Of a stretch of DNA of 64,000 bases, positions 9,428 through 19,004 are shown one piece after another. Numbering within the stretch: position 1 is the stretch's first letter; each line of letters starts with the position of its first letter. The stretch comes from an uncultured Actinomycetes bacterium. GTDB lineage: Bacteria; Actinomycetota; UBA4738; HRBIN12. The position numbers and the translations under genes are program-made. Under the pieces are notes generated by a model, which saw nothing but the letters and a program-made list of their open reading frames with translations, was not told the DNA's origin and did not search any database. The stretch covers positions 980,711 through 1,044,710 of the forward strand of contig OY969934.1 in NCBI GenBank assembly GCA_963704725.1, in the 5' to 3' direction.

Positions 9428-10222
9428 TCAGGCCTCGAACGTGGCGCCCTGCAACGCGGTGGCGCACACGCAGTCGCGCGCTTCGGGGAGCTCGGGGATC
9501 GTCGCGAACAGCAGCTCTCGAAGCTTGGAGTTGTTCTCGTTGAACACGCGGATCACCTCGTCGTTGGTCACGGGGGGGATACCCTCGACCCCGACGTCGT
9601 AGTCGGTGATCAGCGAGATGTTGGCGTAGCAGAGCTCGAGCTCCCGTGCCAGCACCGCCTCGGGGTACTGGGTCATGTTGATGACCTCCCACCCGGCCGC
9701 CTTGAACCAGGCCGACTCGGCGCGAGTGGAGAACCTGGGGCCCTCGATCACGACCACCGTCCCCCGGTCGTGCACGGGGATGCCGAGGGCTCGGGCCCGC
9801 TCGATCGCCACCCCGCGCATCGTCGGGCAGTACGGGTCCGCGAACGCGATGTGCGTGGTCACCGGCCCGTCGTAGAAGGTGTTGGGCCGGGCTCGCGTCC
9901 GGTCGACGAGCTGGTCGCAGATCACGAACTCGCCCGGCTTCACGTGCTCCTGGAGTGAGCCGCACGCGTTCGGGCCGATCACGCGGCTCACGCCGAGCTC
10001 CTTCATGGCCCACAGGTTCGCGAGGTAGGGGATCTTGTGCGGCGGGTACTCGTGTTTGGGCCCGTGCCGGGGGATGAAGGCCACGCGCCGCCCGCCGACC
10101 TCGCCGACGACCGGCGGCGCGGCGGGCGGGCCGTAGGGCGTCTCGACCTCGACGACCTCGGTCTCGTCCAGGAACGAGGAGAAGCCGGAGCCTCCGAACA
10201 CCCCGATCTCCGCCGTCGTCAC
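9428..10222 (-). CDS. mtnP: S-methyl-5'-thioadenosine phosphorylase
   Basis: Purine nucleoside phosphorylase fold with N-terminal IGVFGGSGF and MTAP-like sense throughout. Candidate GTG start at 10222. There is no stop codon between this and the upstream FmdB-like segment. Confidence 0.75.
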   Translation of the reverse strand: MTTAEIGVFGGSGFSSFLDETEVVEVETPYGPPAAPPVVGEVGGRRVAFIPRHGPKHEYPPHKIPYLANLWAMKELGVSRVIGPNACGSLQEHVKPGEFVICDQLVDRTRARPNTFYDGPVTTHIAFADPYCPTMRGVAIERARALGIPVHDRGTVVVIEGPRFSTRAESAWFKAAGWEVINMTQYPEAVLARELELCYANISLITDYDVGVEGIPPVTNDEVIRVFNENNSKLRELLFATIPELPEARDCVCATALQGATFEA

Positions 10223-10549
10223 GACGGCGACGCCTCCTTGGGCGCGGCCTTCGCGGGGCCCGATCCCGAGGACGTGGTCCGAGTCCGGCCCGGACGAGGA
10301 CGGTCCCGAGTCCGACGGGGGTTTGCCCTCGCCCCGGCGGTCCTTCTTCGTCGCGGCCGATGGTTTGGAGCCCGAGCGGCTGTCGGTGGCGTAGAAGCCC
10401 GAGCCCTTGAACACGATCCCGGCCGGGTGGAACACCTTGCGGAGCGGGCCGCCGCACACGCCGCACGTGGTGAGCGCGTCCTCCGTGAAGCGCTGGAAGA
10501 CCTCGATGTGCTGTCCGCAGGACGTGCACTCGTACTCGTACGTCGGCAC
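10223..10549 (-). CDS. FmdB-family zinc-ribbon protein segment, in frame with mtnP with no intervening stop
   Basis: GTG at 10549. VPTYEYECTSCGQHIEVFQRFTEDALTTCGVCGG...KGSGFYATDSR is the canonical FmdB zinc ribbon, followed by a low-complexity tail. The frame reads straight through into mtnP. Confidence 0.5.
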
Positions 10550-10657
10550 GCCTGGGAGTGTAGCCGAGCGGATGTCGGCCACCGGAGGGATGCATGCCGT
10601 GGGGACGCCGAGGGTATGCTCCGGGCCCCGACGGCCCCGACCCGGAGGAGAGGGGAC

Positions 10658-11551
<894 letters not shown>

Positions 11552-11607
11552 CCACGCCGTTCGCCGGACCCGGCCGAGCGGGCCGCCGCCGATAGACTGG
11601 ACCGGCC

Positions 11608-12870
11608 ATGGCGCAAGCCCATCACGTCCACGATCACGACAGCGGCGAGGGCCTGCGCACGGTCGAGGAGGCGCGCGCCGGCGTCCTCGAGAAGGTCTCG
11701 CCGCTCCAGCCGCTCGAGCTGCCGCTGACCGAGGCGTACGGATGCGTGCTCGCGCGCGACGTCGTCGCCGACACCGACATCCCCGCGTTCGCGAGCTCGG
11801 CGATGGACGGGTTCGCCGTGCGGTCCTCGGAGGTGGTCGGCGCGACGCCGACCGCGCCGGTCGAGCTCCGGGTCGCCGGGCGCGCGCTGATCGGCCGCCG
11901 CCCCGAGGGCACGGTCGGAGGGGGCGAGGCGATCCGGATCGCCACTGGCGCGCCGGTGCCGGCGGGCGCCGACACGATCGTGCCGATCGAGGACTGCGAG
12001 CTCGTCGGAGAGAACGTCCGCATCCTGGCCGGGCCGCCCGAGGGCCGCCACATCCGGCCGGCCGGGGAGGACGCCAAGGCGAACGAGCCGCTCGTCGCCG
12101 CGGGCCGGCGACTGCAGGCTCCCGAGCTCGGCCTGCTCGCGACGGCCGGCGTCTCCCATCCCCTCGTCCGGCCTCGGCCCCGCGTCGTCGTCCTGTCGAC
12201 GGGTGACGAGCTGATCCCGCCGACGCAGACGCCGGAGTTCGGGCAGATCCGCGACTCCAACGCGTACACGCTGTTCGCCGCGCTACGTGAGGCCGGCGCC
12301 GTGCCCATGCTGGCCGGCATCATCCGGGACGACGTGGACGCGCTGAAGGAGACCGTGCTCTCGCACCTGGTCCAGGCCGACGCGTTCGTCTCCTCCGGCG
12401 GCGTGTCGGTGGGGGAGCGCGACGTGGTCAAGGCGGCCTTCTTCCGGCGCGGCGAGCTCGACTTCTACAAGGTCGCGATGCAGCCGGGCATGCCGCAGGG
12501 GTTCGGGACGATCGAGGGGAAGCCGTACTTCGGCCTGCCCGGCAACCCGGTCAGCGTGTTCGTGAGCTTCGAGGTCTTCATCCGGCCGGCGCTCATGAAG
12601 ATGATGGGTCGGCGGAACCTCCTGCGCCCCGAGGTCACCGCACGGCTGGAGGAGCCGGTGACGGGTCCCCGGGGCAAGACCCAGTTCGCGCGCGTCCGGG
12701 TGAAGCGAACGCGCGACGGTTGGGTGGCCCATCCCACGGGCGGGCGCGGCTCGAACCTGATCGCCACCGTGGCGCGAGCCAACGGGCTCGCCGTGGTCCC
12801 CGCCGGCGTCGAGACCGCCGAGGCGGGTTCCGAGGTCCGCGTGATGCTGTTCCGCTCGATGGAGGACTGA
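11608..12870 (+). CDS. moeA: molybdopterin molybdenumtransferase
   Basis: 420 aa with MoeA sense (GGVSVGERDVVK, GLPGNPVSVF). Confidence 0.85.
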   Translation: MAQAHHVHDHDSGEGLRTVEEARAGVLEKVSPLQPLELPLTEAYGCVLARDVVADTDIPAFASSAMDGFAVRSSEVVGATPTAPVELRVAGRALIGRRPEGTVGGGEAIRIATGAPVPAGADTIVPIEDCELVGENVRILAGPPEGRHIRPAGEDAKANEPLVAAGRRLQAPELGLLATAGVSHPLVRPRPRVVVLSTGDELIPPTQTPEFGQIRDSNAYTLFAALREAGAVPMLAGIIRDDVDALKETVLSHLVQADAFVSSGGVSVGERDVVKAAFFRRGELDFYKVAMQPGMPQGFGTIEGKPYFGLPGNPVSVFVSFEVFIRPALMKMMGRRNLLRPEVTARLEEPVTGPRGKTQFARVRVKRTRDGWVAHPTGGRGSNLIATVARANGLAVVPAGVETAEAGSEVRVMLFRSMED

Positions 12871-12875
12871 GCGGG

Positions 12876-13370
12876 ATGGACGCCGCCGCACCCGGCTCGC
12901 CCACGTCCGGACGACCGGAGGACGCCGCCCGGATCGTCGAGGTCGGCGCGAAGGAGGTCACGGAGCGCGAAGCGGTGGCGGAGTGCGTCGTCACGATGAC
13001 GGCGGAGGCGTGCGCCCACCTGGTCGCCGGCACGCCGAAGGGCAACCCGCTGGAGGCCGCGCGGATCGCCGGCGTGATGGGCGTGAAGCGGACGCCGGAC
13101 CTGCTCCCCTTCTGCCATCCGATCGCGATCACGGGCGCCGAGGTGATCGTCACGCCGGAGCTCGAGACCGGCCGCATCCACGTGCGCTCGACGGTCCGCG
13201 CGATGGACCGCACCGGCGCCGAGATGGAGGCGCTCACGGCGTCCGCGGTGGCCGCGCTCTCGCTGTACGACACGGCGAAGGCGTACGACCGCGCCGCGCG
13301 CATCGACGGCCTGCGCCTGCTCGAGAAGCGCGGCGGCAAGTCCGGTCACTACGTCGCCGACGCGGGCTGA
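12876..13370 (+). CDS. moaC: cyclic pyranopterin monophosphate synthase
   Basis: ATG 5 nt after the moeA stop. MoaC sense (GAKEVTEREAVA..., TGVEMEALTA-like). Confidence 0.85.
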   Translation: MDAAAPGSPTSGRPEDAARIVEVGAKEVTEREAVAECVVTMTAEACAHLVAGTPKGNPLEAARIAGVMGVKRTPDLLPFCHPIAITGAEVIVTPELETGRIHVRSTVRAMDRTGAEMEALTASAVAALSLYDTAKAYDRAARIDGLRLLEKRGGKSGHYVADAG

Positions 13371-13540
13371 TCGCTCGATCGCGCAACGGCGACGCGCGAG
13401 GTGACGCGCGGAACCTCGATCCGGGGTTGCGCGGAAATGATCGTTGGTGTTTGTGGTCGCACAGGTGAGCTGCTAGGTTCCAGACCCAGCCCAACATTGC
13501 AGTGGCGGACCGGGGCTCCGATCACCGGGGGGCTGGGCGC

Positions 13541-14113
13541 ATGGGTTGGATGTTGTTCGCGGCTCTGTGCACGATGTGGACCGCGTTCCTCCTCCCAGGT
13601 CGGAGGAGCTCCCCCGGCCGGAGCATGGAGGATTTCGAGCGACACATGGACCTCTTGGCGGACCAGAACGGGCACGGACGCTGGATCGTCACCCCGCGCA
13701 AGGGGATGGCGTTCGTCGGACGGAAGGAACGCGCGGCGCAACGCGCTCGCGAGCGCCGACGGCGGGTCTTCGTGTTCCTGCTCGAGAGCATCAGCCTGAG
13801 CTTCCTGATCGGCCTCGTCCCTCCGTTGCGCGCGATGTGGTACGCATCCGGCGCGCTGTTCCTGCTCCTCGGCGCGTACGCGTGGCTCCTCGTCTCGATG
13901 AAGGCTCGCAGCTCGCAGGCGCGAGCGTTCGTTCGCGAGCGGCAGGCGGCACCGGCGGAGCGTCCGCGTCCCGCTCGGCACCGCTACGCGACGGACGCCG
14001 CGGGACGCACGCCGAGAGCCGCGTTCAACGGCCTCCCCGCGCTCGGCGCGGACGACCTCGCGAACATCGTGGTCAAGCGCGCGGGACGCCAGGTCGGCGT
14101 CGTGCGCGTCTAG
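13541..14113 (+). CDS. hypothetical membrane protein
   Basis: Two to three hydrophobic helices and coherent non-low-complexity sequence. Confidence 0.4.
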   Translation: MGWMLFAALCTMWTAFLLPGRRSSPGRSMEDFERHMDLLADQNGHGRWIVTPRKGMAFVGRKERAAQRARERRRRVFVFLLESISLSFLIGLVPPLRAMWYASGALFLLLGAYAWLLVSMKARSSQARAFVRERQAAPAERPRPARHRYATDAAGRTPRAAFNGLPALGADDLANIVVKRAGRQVGVVRV

Positions 14114-14122
14114 GCTTCGCGC

Positions 14123-14761
14123 GTGGATCTCGACGAACCCGCCGAGCGCATCCGGCATCGCTTCGACGCCCGCATGGAGGCCCGAGAACGGGCGCTACCC
14201 GCCTCGCGCGCCGCGATCCGCTCGTGCGCGAACGCGATCCGGGCCATCCATCGGGGCGAGCTCGAGCTCGCGCATCGCTTGATGGACGAGGCGCGGGCCT
14301 CGCTCGACGCCGGCCTGGAGGCCGTCGCCGGCCATCCCGAGATCCGGTTCGCCGGGTACCTGCAGGACGCGCAGAAGGAGTACGCCGAGGCGCGCGTCAC
14401 GGAGGCCGTCGTGACCCGCGCCGACCACGTCCCCACCCCGGAGGAGCTCGCCGTCGAGGACGGCCCCTACCTCAACGGTCTGGCCGAGGCGGTGGGGGAG
14501 GCCCGTCGCCACGCCCTCGACCTGCTGCGGCACCGGCGGGTGGTGGAGGCGGAGGACGTGCTGCTCGCGATGGACGACCTGTACGCGGTGCTCGTCACGA
14601 TGGACTACCCCGACGCGATCACCGGCAACCTGCGCCGGAGCACGGACGTGGCCAGGAGCCTGATCGAGAAGACCAGGGGCGACCTCTCGGTGGCCAGGGT
14701 CTCGCAGGATCTGCACGACGCGCTCGAGCGCCACGCCCGCCAGGTGCTGAAGGAGGAGTGA
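14123..14761 (+). CDS. hypothetical protein, translin-family-like
   Basis: About 210-aa all-helical protein. PYLNGLAEAVGEARRHALD resembles the translin YLxGLxDxxGE motif. Tentative. Confidence 0.4.
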   Translation: MDLDEPAERIRHRFDARMEARERALPASRAAIRSCANAIRAIHRGELELAHRLMDEARASLDAGLEAVAGHPEIRFAGYLQDAQKEYAEARVTEAVVTRADHVPTPEELAVEDGPYLNGLAEAVGEARRHALDLLRHRRVVEAEDVLLAMDDLYAVLVTMDYPDAITGNLRRSTDVARSLIEKTRGDLSVARVSQDLHDALERHARQVLKEE

Positions 14762-14764
14762 GCG

Positions 14765-15214
14765 ATGGCCGTTCGCAAGGACAAGGTTCGTGAGCAGTAC
14801 CTGGCCGCCGTGCAGCAGCATCTGGAGCCGGGCGAGCAGCTCGTGACGGGTGCGTACGCCATCCAGGGGCCGAGCCCGCTGTGGGTGTCCGGCCTATTCG
14901 GGCTCATCGGCATGGTGGTGGCCAACGTCCGCTACTACTTCGTGTGGGTGACGGATCGCCGCGTGCTGTTCCTCAAGGGCTCGTTCTGGACGGCACGTCC
15001 CACGGGGTTCGCGTGGTCCGATCTGCGATCGGCCGTCCAGATCAACGAGGTCTCGCCGGCGATGACCTGGAGCTGGTTGCGCTACCACCGGCCCGCAGGC
15101 GGGAAGCCGATCCGGCTGAACTTCGCCCGACCCTGGCGCGACGAGTTCGGTCAGATCACCGCAGCGCTATCAGGGAGCGGCGCGTCCACGCCGCCCGCTC
15201 CGCCGCCGACCTGA
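14765..15214 (+). CDS. hypothetical protein (bacterial PH-domain-like?)
   Basis: 149 aa with a central hydrophobic hairpin. The ATG follows the upstream stop by 3 nt. Confidence 0.4.
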   Translation: MAVRKDKVREQYLAAVQQHLEPGEQLVTGAYAIQGPSPLWVSGLFGLIGMVVANVRYYFVWVTDRRVLFLKGSFWTARPTGFAWSDLRSAVQINEVSPAMTWSWLRYHRPAGGKPIRLNFARPWRDEFGQITAALSGSGASTPPAPPPT

Positions 15215-16830
15215 GCCCACGGACCGCTGGTACGCTTGCTCCTCGTCCCGGGGGTGTAGCTCAGTCCGGTAGAGCACTGCCTTCGCACGGCAGGGGTCGG
15301 CGGTTCGAGTCCGCTCACCTCCACTTTCAACGTCTTATTCGAACTCGGGCGAGAGAAGAGAGGCGCGAAGACCTCCGAGAACTCGGCCCGACCGATCTTC
15401 CGGTCCTTGATGTAGACGGCCTGGAGCACGGCGTCATTGAAGCGTCGTCGCACCAACGGTCGCGCCTTCAGATACGCGGCGTGGCAGTTCCCGGCGAGCC
15501 GGATGGCCGCTCGGAGCACCTCCTGCCAGCCCTCGAGGTCGCCCTCCGTCGCCTGGAGCTCGGCCTTGGCCGCATGCTCGGCGACGCCGATGCGATCCTG
15601 CTCCGACTTCAGGAGATCGAGCGGGATCGCGTTCGCGTAGAAGGCCTGCAGGAGCTTGCCGCGCTCGTCGGCCGCCTTGGCGAGCGTCCTGGTGAGGAGC
15701 ACCCGGCGCTCGGAGGCCTCGGCCTGCCGCTCGACGATCTCGGCCTCCAGCTCCTCGGTGAGCCGGCGTACCCATGAGGGTGGCAGCTGGATCCTCCCGT
15801 ACAGGTCCTCGATGAGCGCCTCGGCGTCCCCGGCCAGGATGTACGGCTGGCGGCACCCGGTCCGGGCTGAACCGCGCTGCCCGAGACAGTAGAAGTAGAG
15901 GTACTTGCCCTTGGCGAGCGTGAGCGACAGGCGCCTGCCGCACTCCCCGCAGTGCAGCAGCCCCTTCAGGTAGTGCTCGTGGCGGCGTTGGCGGACCCCG
16001 GCGACGTCGCGGGCCCGCAGAGTCTCCTGGACCCGGTCGAACAGGCTCTGGGGAATGAGCGCCTTGTGCTGGCCCGGATAGCGGGCGCCTCCCCACTGCA
16101 CGACCCCGAGGTAGAACGGGTTCGCCAGCATCTCGGCGAGCTTGGAGATCGAGACCGGAGCGCCCGGCCTTCTCGCGTACGGTGACGTCAGCCCCTTGGC
16201 GTGCATCGTGGCCTGGAGCTCGGGGAGCGAGCAGTCGCCGGTGGCGTACAGCCGGAACGTCTCTCGGACCAGCAGCGCCCGTTCGGGATCGAGGACCACC
16301 TTGGCGATGTCCTTGCCGGCCGTCTTCTCCCTGACGTTCAGGTAGCCGATGGGGGCCTTGGTCGGCCAGCCGCCCATCTTGGCCTTCTGGGTCATGCCCT
16401 TTCGGATCTCGCCGGCCAGGTTGGCCGAGTAGAACTCCGCCATAAGCGCGTGGATGCCCTCCACGAGGCGTCCGGAGGCCGTCTCCTCGATGTTCTCGGT
16501 CACCGAGACGAGCTGGACCCCCGCGTGGCGAAGTGCCGCCCTGATGGCCACGTGGTCCTCCATGGAGCGGGCCAACCGGTCGATCTTGTGGACGACGACG
16601 GCTCCGATCCCGCCCTCGGCCACCCGGCGGAGCATGGCCTTCAGCATGGGGCGGTCGGCCGTGCGGGCGGACTCGCCGGCATCGGTGAACTCGTCTGCGA
16701 GGTCCCATCCGCGCTCGGCGATGTGGCGAAGGCACGCCTCCCGCTGGGCGGGGATCGAGTAGCCCTCGCCGGCCTCGTCGTTGGAGGCCTGCTCCTTGGT
16801 GGAGACCCTGAGGTAGATCACCGCGTCCAT
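15151..16830 (-). mobile_element. large serine recombinase (integrase) of the tRNA-Ala-adjacent island
   Basis: N-terminal resolvase catalytic domain (MDAVIYLRVSTKEQ, active Ser in VYLRVS), then recombinase and zinc-ribbon domains (CGECGRRL). The ORF reads on through the antisense of the tRNA because there is no stop until 15151. Confidence 0.8.
15250..15323 (+). tRNA. tRNA-Ala (anticodon CGC)
   Basis: GGGGGTGTAGCTCAG...CTGCC-TTCGCAC-GGCAG...GGTTCGAGTCC...CACCTCCA folds as a cloverleaf. G3:U70 Ala identity pair is present, discriminator is A, and CCA is not encoded. Confidence 0.85.
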
Positions 16831-17065
16831 CGCTCGTCCTCCTCTTGGTCCTCCAGTGCCAGCGCCAGGTCGACCAGAGCCCGGGCCATCGGGCGCAGCG
16901 CACCCGGCTCGGGAGCATCCGGCCGGTCCACCCCCGGACGCGCAAGCGTAGTCCGGGCAGGTGTCGCTCCCAGGGCGTCGTGCTCGTCGGCCGAAGCCGT
17001 GTTGATCCGGTCGCGACGGCGATCGTGTTCACCCTCGAGTCCGCGCGCATTCGCGCGGCGCGGGG

Positions 17066-18052
17066 TCAAGGAGCATGTCGGGGCGGTAGGGCGCGGAATC
17101 GGGGTGTCGCTGCTACGGGAGAGATCCGACGACGGTGGCCGGCATCGGCATCAGTGAAGTACCGGCCGAGGCATCGTGCAGCCGGGTAGAGGTCACGAGG
17201 TCGGGCCGGCAGGTCGATTAGCGACAGGCGATCTCCGTCGGTGGCAAGGTGCTTCCAGGCGACTCCGAGCGCGCCGAGCTCGGTCAGTTGTTCCTCGCTC
17301 GCCACGTACAGCGGGAACGACGTTGCGAGCGAGCCCGAGATGTGCAGGCTTCCGACCGCGGCACGAAGTGCGGAGCCGACCTCCCCCTCGCGCACCCCCT
17401 CCGGGACGATGATGAGGAGATCCGGAAAGCCCGGAAGCTCCTGCTCCTTCGTCCACCCCGCCGCGAGGCGGAGGTAGCCCTCGAGCTTGCGCGAGAGCGC
17501 GCCGAACGCCTCGGTGCCGCGGTCGTACTCCAGGTAGAACTCGCACGTCCCGGCCGGGTGCAGGTACCGGCCGAACCCGTCGGGCTTGACCTCGGCGGCC
17601 CTCGTGCGGACCCAGTGCTCGGGCCGCCAGGTCACCAGACAGTGGCCCTGGAGGCCTCTGGAGGCCTCGGCGAGCGCGCAGAAGAACGCGTTGACCCCGA
17701 GGCGGTGGGCAAGCAGCAGGTTCGTCCGGTAGCTGTGATCGGGGACCCAGGGCAGTTCGGAGGCGCGGACGCCCTTCGCGTCGGCGACCTCGGCGAGGCC
17801 TGGCTTCGTGAGGTACCAGCAGGCGGGCGGCCTCCCCTCCCCGAAACCCCTCCCCACCGAGAAGGATGAGATGAGATCAAGATCTCTCAGTTCCTTGAGC
17901 CGGTGCTGGGCTCTCCTGAGCGATGCGAAGAAGAGGCTCTTGATCTGGTGGGTGGTGAGGACCTTGTGCTCGAGCAGGCTGAGGAAGATGGCGTGGTCTC
18001 GTTCATCGAGCGAGACCAGGCGGTGAAGGTCGTTTCGTTCTGCTCGAACCAT
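17066..18052 (-). CDS. replication-relaxation family protein (plasmid/ICE-type)
   Basis: ATG at 18052. N-terminal HTH (DHAIFLSLLEHKVLTTHQIKSLFF...) and overall Replic_Relax-like sense. The upstream part of the ORF is low-complexity. Confidence 0.55.
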   Translation of the reverse strand: MVRAERNDLHRLVSLDERDHAIFLSLLEHKVLTTHQIKSLFFASLRRAQHRLKELRDLDLISSFSVGRGFGEGRPPACWYLTKPGLAEVADAKGVRASELPWVPDHSYRTNLLLAHRLGVNAFFCALAEASRGLQGHCLVTWRPEHWVRTRAAEVKPDGFGRYLHPAGTCEFYLEYDRGTEAFGALSRKLEGYLRLAAGWTKEQELPGFPDLLIIVPEGVREGEVGSALRAAVGSLHISGSLATSFPLYVASEEQLTELGALGVAWKHLATDGDRLSLIDLPARPRDLYPAARCLGRYFTDADAGHRRRISPVAATPRFRALPPRHAP

Positions 18053-19004
18053 GTTCTGGGCACAGCTCCCCCCTCCTTCGGTGGGTGGCCTTCGGCCAAA
18101 CAACCCCGTGACCTGCGGTTTCGCGATCTGACGCCCTGTGCTCTCACGCCGCCCACGCGCCGTCGGTGCTCGCAGCACCCGGCTCCCAGGGACGGTCGCG
18201 AGCTCGCGCCAGGGCGCGCGGCCGCAACCTGCCGCCTTTCCGAGGATGTTCAGTTCGTGCCGATCCTCACCTCCTCTGCTCGCGCTCAGGCATGCTTCGG
18301 CAAGCGTCGGCCGGGATCGAATGCCGCCGAGCCGTCCGCGCTTTCGCCGCCTCACCCTCGCGCTGCGTCTGCCGGCACTCGGTCCTCGTCCGCCTCGAGC
18401 CTCCGGTCGTGCGCCTTGCCTCCTTCATCTCCGAGCTCGCCTCCCATGAGGTGCCCGGGTTCGGGGCTGCAGCGCTCCCGTCGGCTCTTGGCCTCGAAGC
18501 CCTTGCGTCCGCCTTGGCGTTCGCGAGGGATGACGGCGTCTTCGCATCCGGCCGGTGGTGACGATTCCTGCCTCCGCCGCCACGGCAACCCTGCTGGCGA
18601 ATCAAGTGCCAAGACGTGGCCATCTCCACCCCTACAAAGGCACCAGAGGGGCTCGGATCGTGTCGGCGAGGAGGGGCGAGTTCATGAGGAGCTTTCGGGG
18701 AGTGCAGGTCAGGAGGGGGTTGAGACTCAAAGAGGACCGGAGGGCTTGGGAGCAATAGGCCTCGACCTGTGCCCCGAGCGATAGCAGGTGCGGGATGGCG
18801 TCTCTGTCGATGGTGTCAGGTGGTCCATAGGCGCACCACCTGGTTCGACGCGCGACCAGGCGTTACGCGGCAAACGCCGGACCCTGTCCCCGATTGGGTC
18901 CCCTCAACGAGGGACCTTCGGACATGGGATCCGGCCCCAGGTTCGTGTTCCTTTACCGGACGCGGAGGGGGGCTCGCCGCAGCAGGCGGACGAAAGGAAT
19001 CGCC

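Noticed and set aside
18555-18760. Lower-GC 200-nt patch upstream of rhs with tiny ORFs
   Set aside because: Likely promoter/leader region of the rhs gene. No structured-RNA or coding signal could be supported.
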